From the NCBI GenBank assembly GCA_965113315.1, contig OZ220368.1: a DNA stretch of 64,000 nucleotides. One strand, written 5' to 3'. Numbering within the stretch: the first letter of the stretch is position 1; every line of letters starts with the position of its first letter. Below, in pieces: positions 11,745-23,404 of this stretch. The DNA is from Podarcis vaucheri (lineage: Eukaryota). Under the pieces are notes generated by a model that worked only from the letters and a program-made list of their open reading frames with translations, ran no database searches and was not told where the DNA came from. The translations under genes and the position numbers were made by a program.

Positions 11745-14159
11745 CTTTTCAGTTGTAGCCCAAAATATACATGTAGTCAGGGCTTTTTTCATGACACCAC
11801 TCACTTTTTGCTGCCTGTGGCACCCAATTTGTGCTGGCACCTATGACACTTATATCAATATATAAGTACTGACACCTCACTTTTTTACCCCCCAAAAGCA
11901 CTGCATATAGTTCTTCCGCAGTGTCTTCCACCCACTGTTTTGCTGATTACTTTTTTACTATTTTGTTATCACAAATCCCTGCTACAAATAAACACAACCT
12001 CTTTCCCATAATCATTAAACCGGTCACTACTGGGTAATATTACCTCATATGCATTGATTTTATAGGAAAGAATAATTGAAGTTACAGTAATAAAACATTG
12101 TTCCTTAGAGTTCCATGATAGTTGACAGATGCACTGAACTGTAGTGGGAACACACAATGCAGGCAAGAGAAGCAACTTGTTACTTTCAGAGCTGCTTGAC
12201 ATTTTAAGTAATAGCCCCAGTTTGACTGGGGGAAAAAACCATAGGAAAGAGAAACACTTGGGGATGCACCCTATAGATATGTTGTTGCTACTCCCTGGAA
12301 CCTCATGCAAAGGTACATACACCAAGCTTTATGTGGCAGCAGCAAGTCCAGGTAAGCTTGTCAGCCTCTTTCTGTAATGTTCTGAAAGGGATGAAGGAGG
12401 TCTGAAGTTGTATACAATATTTTTTAAAACACTAGATTTGCTGCAGTGACATTTGGTAGTTCCTGGACCTGATAGGGTTACCTGTGGCCAAGGGGGTCAT
12501 GTAGGTGGGGCCAGTAAAGTCACATGGGTGGGACCAAGGAGGTCTCATTGACAGGACAAAGTTCTGATTTTCTATTCACCCTCCTCGCTTGCAGAGGTGT
12601 TGAAACAAATGCATTGCAGTTATAGGAGTACTTGGTGCCTAAGTAAACTGAAAAGTGTCTAACCATATTTAAGATGGGTCCTGCTGTCAAAATTCATAGT
12701 GTAAGTTAATGTCACAACAACCATACATTACTCGGAAGCAAGTCTTACTAAATTCAGTTGGGATGGTTTCCACCTGGGATTGGAACGTGAATTGGTTACT
12801 CTGAAAGGTGCCAAATGTCCCCCTAACCTTCCAGGCTTATGGAAAAAGATTGTCCTCCCCTCTCCAACTTACCTACTACTTTGCCTTCTTTCCAGAATGC
12901 AGAGGAATATTAAATGGACTAGGGTGTAGGAAACCAGGGTTGAAACCACTGCTCAATTATGAAATGCCCTGGTGACCTTGGGCTATTCATTGGGTTGTGA
13001 GGATAAAATGTGGAAGAGAAGAATCATGAATGGCATGAAAAGAAAACAGGCTCACTTGCTTTAATTGATTCAATAAGATAAGCTGGTTATAGAAGAGCAG
13101 CAACATGAACAATCTAATTCTGTTAGCTACCTGTCTACTCTGAAATAAGTCCTAATGAATTCAATAGTGCTTATTCCTGGGTAACTGGTGTTAATTTATT
13201 AACTGTAGTTATATCACCTCCCTTTAATTTAGTTAAAACCCTAAATGAAAATCAGAACACATTATGCAATTTAAATATTATTAAAAATATACTTCAGGTT
13301 AATATTTTCCCCCTTCCATGCTTACACAAAAGATAAGTAAACAAGGGTCCTATTCTGAGTATCTATCTTTCTGGCACATGCTGCAGATGGCAGACCAGGA
13401 AAAAAGCATGGTTCTGATTGGCTTGTGAACACCTACAGGAAGAATGCATGGTGCTAATTGGTTTAGGATGGGCTGATTAACAGAGAGCGCTACCAGTGGA
13501 CACCCCCCCCCCCACTACTCATTCTAAATCTTAGCTCCCCCCATCACTCCTGAGGAAAATGGGGAGGAAAATGAGCAGAAGAATCCATTGCCGCACCAAA
13601 GCAATTTCTGTGGGAGAAAGATACTCAAGACATTCTGGTAGTGATTATTTTGATTGGCTAAGCAGAGATGAGCAGAAAAATCTAGTAAGCATCTCATTCA
13701 GTGGTAAATGCATTAATGATGACTGTGGGTGACAGTAGAAAGGCTGAACTATGGCTTTGCAGATTTGGGACGTGGGGGAGAGACTCAGAATGTTAGGAGG
13801 GTATGCCCCACTTTGTCCAGCAACTGATCCTTCACTGGTTTGCTGAAGAAAAGTTAAATACTGGATAAAGTTGAGAAGAAAAAAGCCTGTAGCTTGTGTT
13901 TCCCAAAGGATTAGTGGATAACATAGTAATAGGCCTTTTTTGGATGCGTATTAGCTTCTAGCTTTAAACAAGAAGCTTTAACTCCCCTTCAAACTTTCAT
14001 GGTGATGGGCTGAAACCCACAAAACTGAGCTGCTCTTTGGTGCTGCTGACCAAAAATTATTTCAGAGTGTCTTTAAAAAATATGTCCAATCATGGCTGAT
14101 AATAATCTGACTAGGCCTTTGGAGAAATTCTCCACTCCAGGCTATCACTTGTTTACAAT

Positions 14160-14300
14160 GAAACCAACTTCCATAAGAGGTGGTGGACTATCCTTCCTTG
14201 GAGATTTTTAAGCCGAGGTTCTAGCTGAGATTCCTATATTGCAGGGCGTTGAACTAGATGACCCTCACAGTCCCTTCTAACTCTACACCCTACGATTGTA
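14160..14300 (+). mobile_element. CR1 LINE 3' fragment
   Basis: ggtggactatccttccttggag...gaactagatgaccctcacagtcccttctaactct, a typical CR1 3' end. Confidence 0.65.
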
Positions 14301-16672
14301 TGAAATCCTAATACCAAATTGCTCGAAAAGTGAGCAAAGCATATGAATGCTCCACTATGGCAGCAATCCTGTGCATGCATGCATGCTTTGTACAAAAGTT
14401 TCATAGAACTAAGTGGCACTTGCCAGGATAAACATGCTGAGGGGTTGGTTTGGTGGTGGCATTCGCCTTGATGCATGATCGAGTGCACTGACAAAAGCAG
14501 TAATAGGAGTTGGTTAGAATTAACCTTCAACAACATTTTTGTGCTTGCACTCTGAGAAATAGCACTCCCCTGGAAAAGATGGGAGAAGCATGTGAAAGCT
14601 TTGATCTGTGCCAAGTTGACTCTATTGCATAAAGACTGGCAACTTGACAAATGCTTCCAAATATATTCCTGCAATCATTACTATGAGAAATCTTGCTTTT
14701 TTCAAAGATAGAGTGCTTACTAGATTCTGTTCAAATTTTTGCACCATGGATTGCCCACACATTAAATTCCCTGGTAGCAGTTCACCTCCCACGGTTTTGG
14801 AAGCTGTTAAACCAGGTTGACTTGCAACAGCATCACCATTTCCTTTTTATACTATCTTGGATTTATAATGTTGGCACAGTTAGATGCTTGTTACGTTGCA
14901 ATGGGAATGATTTGTCCTTTTTGCAAGAAATTGTCGAGGCAGCAAACTGTATGTTGCTCCTTTTCTGTAGCACTTAAAAACATTGATCACAGAGAGACCT
15001 TTTATTTTGAATTTATTTTCAGCCTATCTACAGATAGTTACTACACGTACCATATGTAAACCACAACATGCACTGAGCTGTGTCTCTCTGCTGTACTGTT
15101 TTTATATGAATGGCTGTGCACAAGCATGGAATTTTATGCTTGGCACAGAAATCTGTAACCCAAGCACTTTAAAAAAAGAAAAAAAAAGAAAGAAATATCA
15201 GTGTTCTTGGCCTTATGGGGATGGCAGTAGGTTCAAAGGGATAGCTAGATTAACCTCAGAAGCAATTCATAGGATTGTTAGTGATCAGAAGCCAGGGCTT
15301 CAGAGACATCACCCAAAAATTAAACAGCAATTTCTGAAGTTGACTTGAGAACTGCTTAAAGCAAAATGCAGACAAAAATAGCATGGGCATACCAGGAAGC
15401 AGCTTTGCCTAAAGCAGCTCTCATGCCAAAATGCCCTTTGACTTTTTAAATTCAGAGGTTATGGGGGGTTCTACATGGGGAAACTGTTTCAATGGGATTT
15501 CGTGAGAAGTATCTAAATGGGAGGGGTGCACACGCCTTTCGTTCCCTGTTTGTCAGTTTGATACTGACGGCCCTGCAGCACTAAGGCAGAACTAGTGCCG
15601 TTTGTGATGCATTTTTAATTATTTCATCAAAACTGAAGTAACTTGGCACAGAAGGGAGTTCTATGCGTTCCCTTCATTGAAGTTCATTGAGCTATTTTTT
15701 ATCCTTAAAAACACTCTTGAAACAAATTAGCAGAGACTGGGAAAAGCAAGGTGGGCAGCCTTGAAGCATCCCTCAGGGCATTTACCTTTTTACAGAAGAA
15801 TTTTATGTTTAAGTGTTTTATGCATCAGCTGGGATTGAAGAGGCAAAAGATATTAACAGACATGGAAGTTCTGTTTGTTTTCCAGCACAGAGTATGTCAA
15901 GCTGCTTTTGTTAGTGCATGCTAAATGAAGCCTTTTGGCAAATGTCCACATTTCCACTAAGGGAGGGGCACAGCTGTTCTAAATGGAGGGACTTTGTTAG
16001 GCTTAAATGCTGAGGCACTTGCATGTTGGGTGTGCATAATAGGATTTGTCGGTGGAGCGATAAAAGAGCAGAGCTAGTTACTGTTACCAAAATGGACTGT
16101 TTACTTGGACTCCTCTATTTCTCCCCACCCCACCCAAAAAATCTACCGCCAACATTTTTGGATAACAAAGCATTGAGCTAGTGAAGGCTTCAAAGCATCT
16201 GTAAATCTCTGACCTTCTAGATTGCAGCTGTTCTTCAAGGGTAAACTTGAGGTGCCCTTTGAAAATTATGAATGTAATAAATACAGTAATAAGTATAGGG
16301 AATTGTTGCCAGGTGGGCCACAAAGAATAGGTACTTGAATTTGCCTAGTGGTTACTATTTAACTTGATTATAAGCTTGTGGGTTTCACAAGGCCCTTCAG
16401 ATATTAAGCCACCCCATGCTACTCTCATATAACTTTGGTGCATAAGAAATCTGAGGGTGTTTTTCTTTTAAAAAAAAGCAACCCCAAAGTTCTCACGTGA
16501 GGTTTTTTTTGTGATGTAAGCAAGTGTGTGTATGTGGGGAAGGAGAAAATGAATGGTGTATCATCTGAATGCAGTTGAACATGTGATTTGGATCCAAGGG
16601 TCTCTAGCATGACTGAAATGTCACTTCAACTCATGTAAGGGGGTAGAAAGATTCTCCTCTGAGCCTCTACAC

Positions 16673-16808
16673 CAGGCATGGCCAAACTTGGCCCTCCAGA
16701 TGTTTTGGGACTACAATTCCCATCATCCCTGACCACTGGTCCTGTTAGCTAAGGATGATGGGAGTTGTGGTTCCAAAACATCTGGAGGGCCAAGTTTGGC
16801 CATGCCTG
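16673..16808. mobile_element. hAT (Charlie-like) palindromic MITE
   Basis: Near-perfect hairpin caggcatggccaaacttggccctccagatgttttgg...ccaaaacatctggagggccaagtttggccatgcctg; perfect 8-bp TSD ctctacac. Confidence 0.9.
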
Positions 16809-19304
16809 CTCTACACAATATCTCACAAGGTAGGCTTTTCATAAAGCACTGAGCGGCAATCAGGGAGAGAGAGCAAGATAGTCCCATTTCATGAGTAGGG
16901 CACTGCTCCTGTGTCTTGCTATCTAAGCTGCAGTATATGCTTTTGGGAGAAGCATACTTTTAGACTTCAAAGAAGTTCTCTACACTCTTATACATGTTGG
17001 CATTTGTTAGGAATAAAAAGACGTCATTCAGCTGAAAGAACTGATCAAAATCCATGTTTCTATTGGGTCATCTTATGTATTCAGGAAATTTTTTTATTGG
17101 GTTGGACTATTTTGTGCATATTGGACTTCAAAATGCTTGTCTTTGTGTTTTTTTTATTCTTGCATCCCTATGGTCCCCATGACTGCAATCTAAGAAAGCT
17201 CCTTTCAGGATGTTGCCCCACAAGAAATACATAAAGTAACATAAAGTAACTATCTGTAAAGTACCTGCTTCTTAGCAGTATGAGAAACAGGAAATCTGAA
17301 AATAGTTTAGTGCACTAAAAACATTGGGAACCCTATTTCCACATCTGCTTTTGAGTATCTACCTCATTTTAATGTTAAATTGCACAGCCAACCATAGAAG
17401 TTGTAGAATAGTTTAAAACTTTACCTGCAGTGCTTAAGACCAGGAGGCAACTCATGGTACAAAAAAAAAAAGGGGGGGGGGACATGGCCCTTTATTAAAT
17501 TCTGGCCTGAACTTGTGCTGTTCTGAATCAAACAGTCTTAAGAAGAGACCTTGCATAATCCATTCTCCTAGACAAAATTGTGCTTAACTTAATGGATTGA
17601 AATGCATGTTTTGCTCTTTCCCAGCAGTTTCAGCAGCAGGTGCCTGATGTCGTCGAAGTTCAATCTTTCTCCAATGTAAGAAACCTGCAAAACTTTGCCT
17701 AATCTGGGAAGCAGGCTGACTGCTGGGGTTGCTTAGTGTGCAGTTATTTTCTGCTTTCTTGGTGTTCGTGTTTTTCCTTTGCTGGGTTTTGAAAACATTT
17801 GAGTCTGTTCTGGTGCTATTTGTAGAGTTATATAAAAGTCAATGTGCTATATCAAACATGTTGTAACTCAAATGATTATTGGATAAAAATGCTTTTTCCT
17901 GCTGGAGGTCTTTGACATTTAGACATTATGCTACAAGCTTGCTTCTATAAAACCATACTGAGGGGATGTGAATTTAATGTCAATTTTTTAGAGGTAGCCC
18001 ATAGAGGACCCTAAAAAAATGAGAGGAGTGGCCTTTCATTGCTTTTGAAAAAATTGCTAAAACAAAGCAGTGGTGTCTCAGCAGGAGTAAATTTAACCTA
18101 TTGCTACTTTTGATGCTGTTTACTTGTTGTAGTGCAATTAATGTGCATGGTACTTTCCTCCCCCCAAAGTTTACAATCTAAAAGTTGATGCAGGAGAAGT
18201 GAGATGAACAGGGAAAATAAATGATTGTGTCTGTTAAATGTCCTTAGGCATTTGCTCATAAGAAGCAGTTCTACATTAATTTGGTAATTTGTCAGGGATG
18301 TCATCTTGAGAGTCAGTCTTCTCTTTCATAATAAGTTGATTTTATTATGGTAGCATAAGATAGCAGATCTTATGAAGAAATACCTCAGAAGTCTATTTCC
18401 ACTGCTGTTAAAGTGCATCTTAAACTTGATAACTTAAATGAGATGTGCAGTAACTTGATATGTCAAGGTTTGTGGATTGAACAGTGCAGAACTAAATAGA
18501 GTATTAGATATCATTGTCTTGCAGGAATTGGGCATAAACCCATCAACACCATTTGCCATCCATGTCTATTCCTAGACAGTACTCCTAGGTCTTTGAGCAT
18601 ACAAACAAACCCAAAGAAGCTCCTCCTCCTCCTTCTTTCTCCAGGATTGCACAAGAAGCGCCTGGGCATCAAGCTCTGTAGGCTGAAGATCTGCTTAGAT
18701 GTTGGTACTTAAGACCACTTGTCAAAGTACTTTTTAAAAGATGTAGAGGTGGTTTTTTTTTAAAAAAAAAAAAATCAAATCCAGAATGTGGCATTGACTG
18801 CAACAATGGATTCCTTTTTTTGAGATGTAAATGCTTGGGAGCATCTACATGAACCTGTAGTTCAGTTAGATTGACTGGCTTCTCTCTTCCTGGTTGAAAC
18901 GTACTTTAGAATACTGCTGCTTTCTGTTCATGTTTTCCAGCTCATCCTAATGTCTTTGCAGCTTTTCAGTAGAAGCAACTTGGTATTGGGTTATTTGCCT
19001 TGAAGGTTCCCTTCTTATCTGAAGTGGCATATTCTTTATTGGTAGTGGGGAGTTTCTGTATTTTAAGGTGAGACCAGAGGAATAGATTATTCTATAGTAT
19101 GAACAAATGTTATCACTTTCTTGCTAGTCATCAGCTTGGTAAGATGCTTGTATAGATTTCTCTCTCTTATATTTACCATGAATTTATTATTTCCAGACAG
19201 CAATACATATCTCTTGGACATGTACCTTTATACAATTATAGGATTAAGAAGCTCTCTAGTCAGGTGTTGCTCAATTATCACTAATAATTTCTTATGTTTT
19301 TCAG

Positions 19305-19371
19305 ATTGAAAAAATAATGAGCTCCATTGGTGAAGGCATTGACTTTTCTCAGGAACAGCAGAGGATTTCAG
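19305..19371 (+). CDS. ANKS1A: ANKS1A coding exon ([23 protein letters not shown])
   Basis: tttttcag| acceptor and CAG|gtacca donor; 67 nt, phase 0 to phase 1; continues directly from SEWDE. Confidence 0.95.
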
Positions 19372-22300
19372 GTACCATACTGAACTGCTAAAGGGTGTGA
19401 GTCAATTCAAACAAGTGAGAGAGCAGTACAAAAAGTTGGGCCCATTTGGGACTTACCATTGAGGAACCTTGTATTTCTCAACCCATAGTTGAGATATTCA
19501 GGTATCTTAAGGCTTCCCTTTAAGACCAGAAATCCAGATAAGAGGCAGCAATTTGCTATTCTGCAGTCCCTAATTAGATGGGGATATACATCAGTATTTA
19601 TCTGCCAGCGGAATGGCCAAGGTTGGGGATCCCCCTCGAGTAAATTTGAGGGTGCAAGGTTTAGAGCTGTACAAGGGAGAAGAGAAAGCCAGCTTTCATG
19701 ATATTGGATTATCACCCCTCATGCTTAATTTAATGGACTGGCTACCCCTACCCCTTTACTACAACTCCACTTTCACTGCTGCTGATACCATACATTTTAT
19801 CTGACCCCAGTTTTGCCTTCCTTCACTTATTTATATATTTGCTTGTTTGAATCTATTCATGAATTACTAACCATAAAGTATCTCAAAATGATTTCACATG
19901 CTAAAAAAAAATAAAAAATCATATATGAAAATAGCTTTAAATCCAGTACAGATTCAGACTAGGATAAAGATCTCCACTTAAAAGGCTTGTTGAGGAAGGA
20001 AGCGCCTCTATATTTTGTTATGTGCTGCACACAACAGAAATGAGCTCTGTGTTCAGAGAGTTTACAATCTTTGGTGGGGTTAGGCAAAAAGAGACCACAG
20101 GGCGAGATGCAGCAAGAGCAGGGCTTTAAAAAGACACAGTACAATGGATTCCTTGTAGTTTGATCTGCTGCCTTTTTTCTACTTAGGTCTATTTGGCTCT
20201 TTTTTCCCTTTCCTTTTGTATAGTTTTTATATTGCATTTTTAGACATTTTAAATACTCAGGGGGGAAAATACCGTCTGTAAAAAAAAGAGGAGAAAGGGG
20301 AGAGGAGAGGGTGGGACACAAAGCACTTTTCAAGCAACCTTAAACCATCAGTATAAAGGGCCCATATGTCTGATAATTTCCTGGCTTGATTTCATTAATG
20401 AAAAATCACTTTCTAGATCTTGATTCTTGCATGTACATGAGCTAGAGCCCCACTTGCCCTGGGAAAAGATGCCTTTTATACCTCTTTCCTCAATCCCTTG
20501 CCGTCTTTCGTGGCAACCTTGACTGAGACTTTCTGACAAAGGTGGAAGACTGCATCCTAGTTCTACTCCCACCCCCATCTTCTCAAGCCTTCAACACTAA
20601 TTTGTAGCAACATGAAGTCCTGAAGGTGGCATCTTCAAGTCATTGAAAAAGCCTTGCTGTAATAATTAAAGCACAATTTTCATCAGATTGCTTTAAGGAG
20701 TCTTGTAGTCTGGGGCAAGAGGAAGGGGGATAGCAAGATTTTTTCAGCAAAACTTCCTCATATAAGGAGTAGAGAATAAGTGATTTTTAAATTATCAGGA
20801 GTTCATCTTTGGTTAAACCTTGTGGCAGCTTGTGGAATATTTTAGTACGGTGTTCAAAAATGTGATGCAGAACAAAGCAGCAGTGACAGCCCATGGCAAA
20901 AACATGAAAACATTCAGACGTGCTGCAGCAGACTGACTTGCTTTTCAGAAAACTACCAGAAATGTTCCAAGTTTTTACAGCTCATTAAAGGGTGCTAAAA
21001 TAAAATAAAAAAGACCACACATTTACTTCCACACCTGGAATGGAAGCATGAAGTAAGAATGTGGATTGAAATACAGCTACAAGCTGTAAGCTACTGCTTA
21101 GTTCTGATAACCCCACAGGTCCTCAGAGAGAAGACTGTTATACCCCCTTGCCCCACCCAGTTTTGCAGAAGCATTTTTAAAAATCTGAAATGAGCCTAAA
21201 GTGGTGAAGAAACCACAGAAACAGTCCAGTGAGGACTGATCATATTCAGTAGCCAAGGAATTTTTCAAAGAAAAAAAGCAGGAGGAGAGAGAAAGTGGCA
21301 TGCCCTGTTTGGATGAAATGGCTGGCTGGACCTCTGAACAGAGAACTTGTATTAGGAGGGAGGGTACACCGCAACATATTGTTGCAGTTCCCACTTTTTT
21401 TTTTTACGTTATAAAGCAAGTTTAAGTTGAGAACTTAAAAAAACAAAATCCATGCCAGGCCAAACAATATAAGTATTTTGCTGGGTATATCTTTCATATT
21501 TGTAGCAGACAACATAGAAACAAATATGTAGTGCTATACATGAACCTAGAAGCCTCATCTGATACCACAGACTTTTCAAAAGTGTTGCATTGACCTATAT
21601 GTTAATGGAACAGCTTATATACAAATTTTTTTATAGGATCTTCTACATACAGGCCAAGCACCTAGTAATCTATGCAGAAAAGACTGCAAGGTGGGAGTCA
21701 CTTATTTCAATGTGGGTATTAAAGAAGACCAGTGTGTTTATGTTCATTGATCTTCCTTGTTTGGCAGAATTGCTTTTTCTGTAATTTGGTTGATGCAGAA
21801 AAATGTACTTTCTGGCAAATCAGTTAAACTAAAACATAATTTGCTTCTGTCAGTCGTCGTCGGTCCCCCCCCCCCCCCCGGCACTCCATAATGCTGCTCT
21901 GATTATTTGTTTATTTAAAAATATAAATTTATCAGCAACCTTTCGTTCTTGCTGGCCCAGTTCATATGTTACAGCAAACTACAGCCAATGGTTCACTGTG
22001 AATGCGGACATTGCTCCTGCTTCAATTCTCCCTTCCAGCAAGTGGGAGCAACTAACTACAATCATTGTCTTCGCATTATGTCCTACCTGGGGATCAAGAT
22101 TTGTTTTGGTTCCAATGAACCATGATTGGTAAGCCAAGAACAAATATTGGCGTAACATCTTGGTTCATTTGGAGTGAAACGAACAATGATTCCTGGTTTG
22201 AATGTAATGCTAAGTCACGGATTAAGGTTTGTTGCTTGCGCTGGCTAAAGGAGGAGTGAAATAGGAGTCTCGTGTGTATCCACAGAAAATGTATGCCATT

Positions 22301-23049
22301 ATTGGAGCACATTACTGGAAGTCATTCAATTTTCCTATAAAATCTGACTATGTGACTGTAGAACAAAAGTTATATGAAGGAAATTTGCTGGAGCTGCAGT
22401 CCAAGCAGATCCTTTCTCTTCTTATTCTGTAACAAGTTCAACATAAGGAATCATCTTCAAATTAGTTTAAGTTTCAAAAGAAACGTATCAGGCTGTTCTT
22501 TGGATTGGATTTCCCACCTCAGCATATTATGCCCCTTTCTGAAGAGGCTCAGTAATTGGTCCTGTTCGCATAAAGAAACCCTCCCTCCCTGCTTGCTTGC
22601 TTGCCTGCCTGCAGCGATCTTTTCAACTTACCTAAATTTACTCGCTTAAATTGGATAAATGTTGCAAATGTGTAGCTGTGCGCTTAAATTTGTCATCTGC
22701 TTTTAAAGGCATTTTGTAATACATATTTTTATTAATGGACATTGTAAGTGGAGGAAGGGTCCGTTGTGTTCATAGTCATAATCCTCTGATACAGGAGCAA
22801 TGAACATTCCAGGAAATACTGCATAGCATTCAGCCTTGCTGAACGTGGTTCTTTTTACATAGTAGAAATAACAATTGCCTAGTGGAAGGAACTGATCCGA
22901 GGCCTTTGGAACTGTGCCACTCCCAGAAGCATAGCCTTTAGGCTACATGTTTATGTGTGGCCCATCAAATGAGACGTGCTTCTTCTACTGAGTACTACCA
23001 TTAGAAATGGGTTGTCCCCTCTCCTGCTTGTGTGGAACATAACACTCTA

Positions 23050-23404
23050 CAGTGGTGCCTCGCAAGACGAAATTAATTCGTTCTGCGAGTTTTGTTGTCT
23101 TGCGATTTTTTTCGTCTTGTGAAGCACGGTGTCGGAAAAGTTTTGGAAAAGCTTCAAAAATCACCAAAGTCTTTAAAAACCTCAAAAAAGGCTACCACAC
23201 CGCGTTCTATGAGTTGCTCCTTGAATCAAGTCGCAACTGTATTAACGGTGTTAAGAAAAAGGAAACAAACTTGCAAGACATTTTCGTCTTGCGAAGCAAG
23301 CCCATAGGGAAAATCGTCTTGCGAAGCAGCTCAAAAAACAAAAAACCCTTTCGTCTAGCGAGTTTTTTTGTCTTGCGAGGCATTCGTCTTGCGAGGTACC
23401 ACTG
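23050..23404. mobile_element. Tc1/mariner-pogo (Tigger-like) MITE
   Basis: TA|cagtggtgcctcgcaagacgaa ... ttcgtcttgcgaggtaccactg|TA; internal repeats of cgtcttgcga; CpG-rich. Confidence 0.88.

Noticed and set aside
11353-11931. Cluster of overlapping ORFs and a CpG-island-like composition
   Set aside because: Explained by the young GC-rich Sauria SINE.
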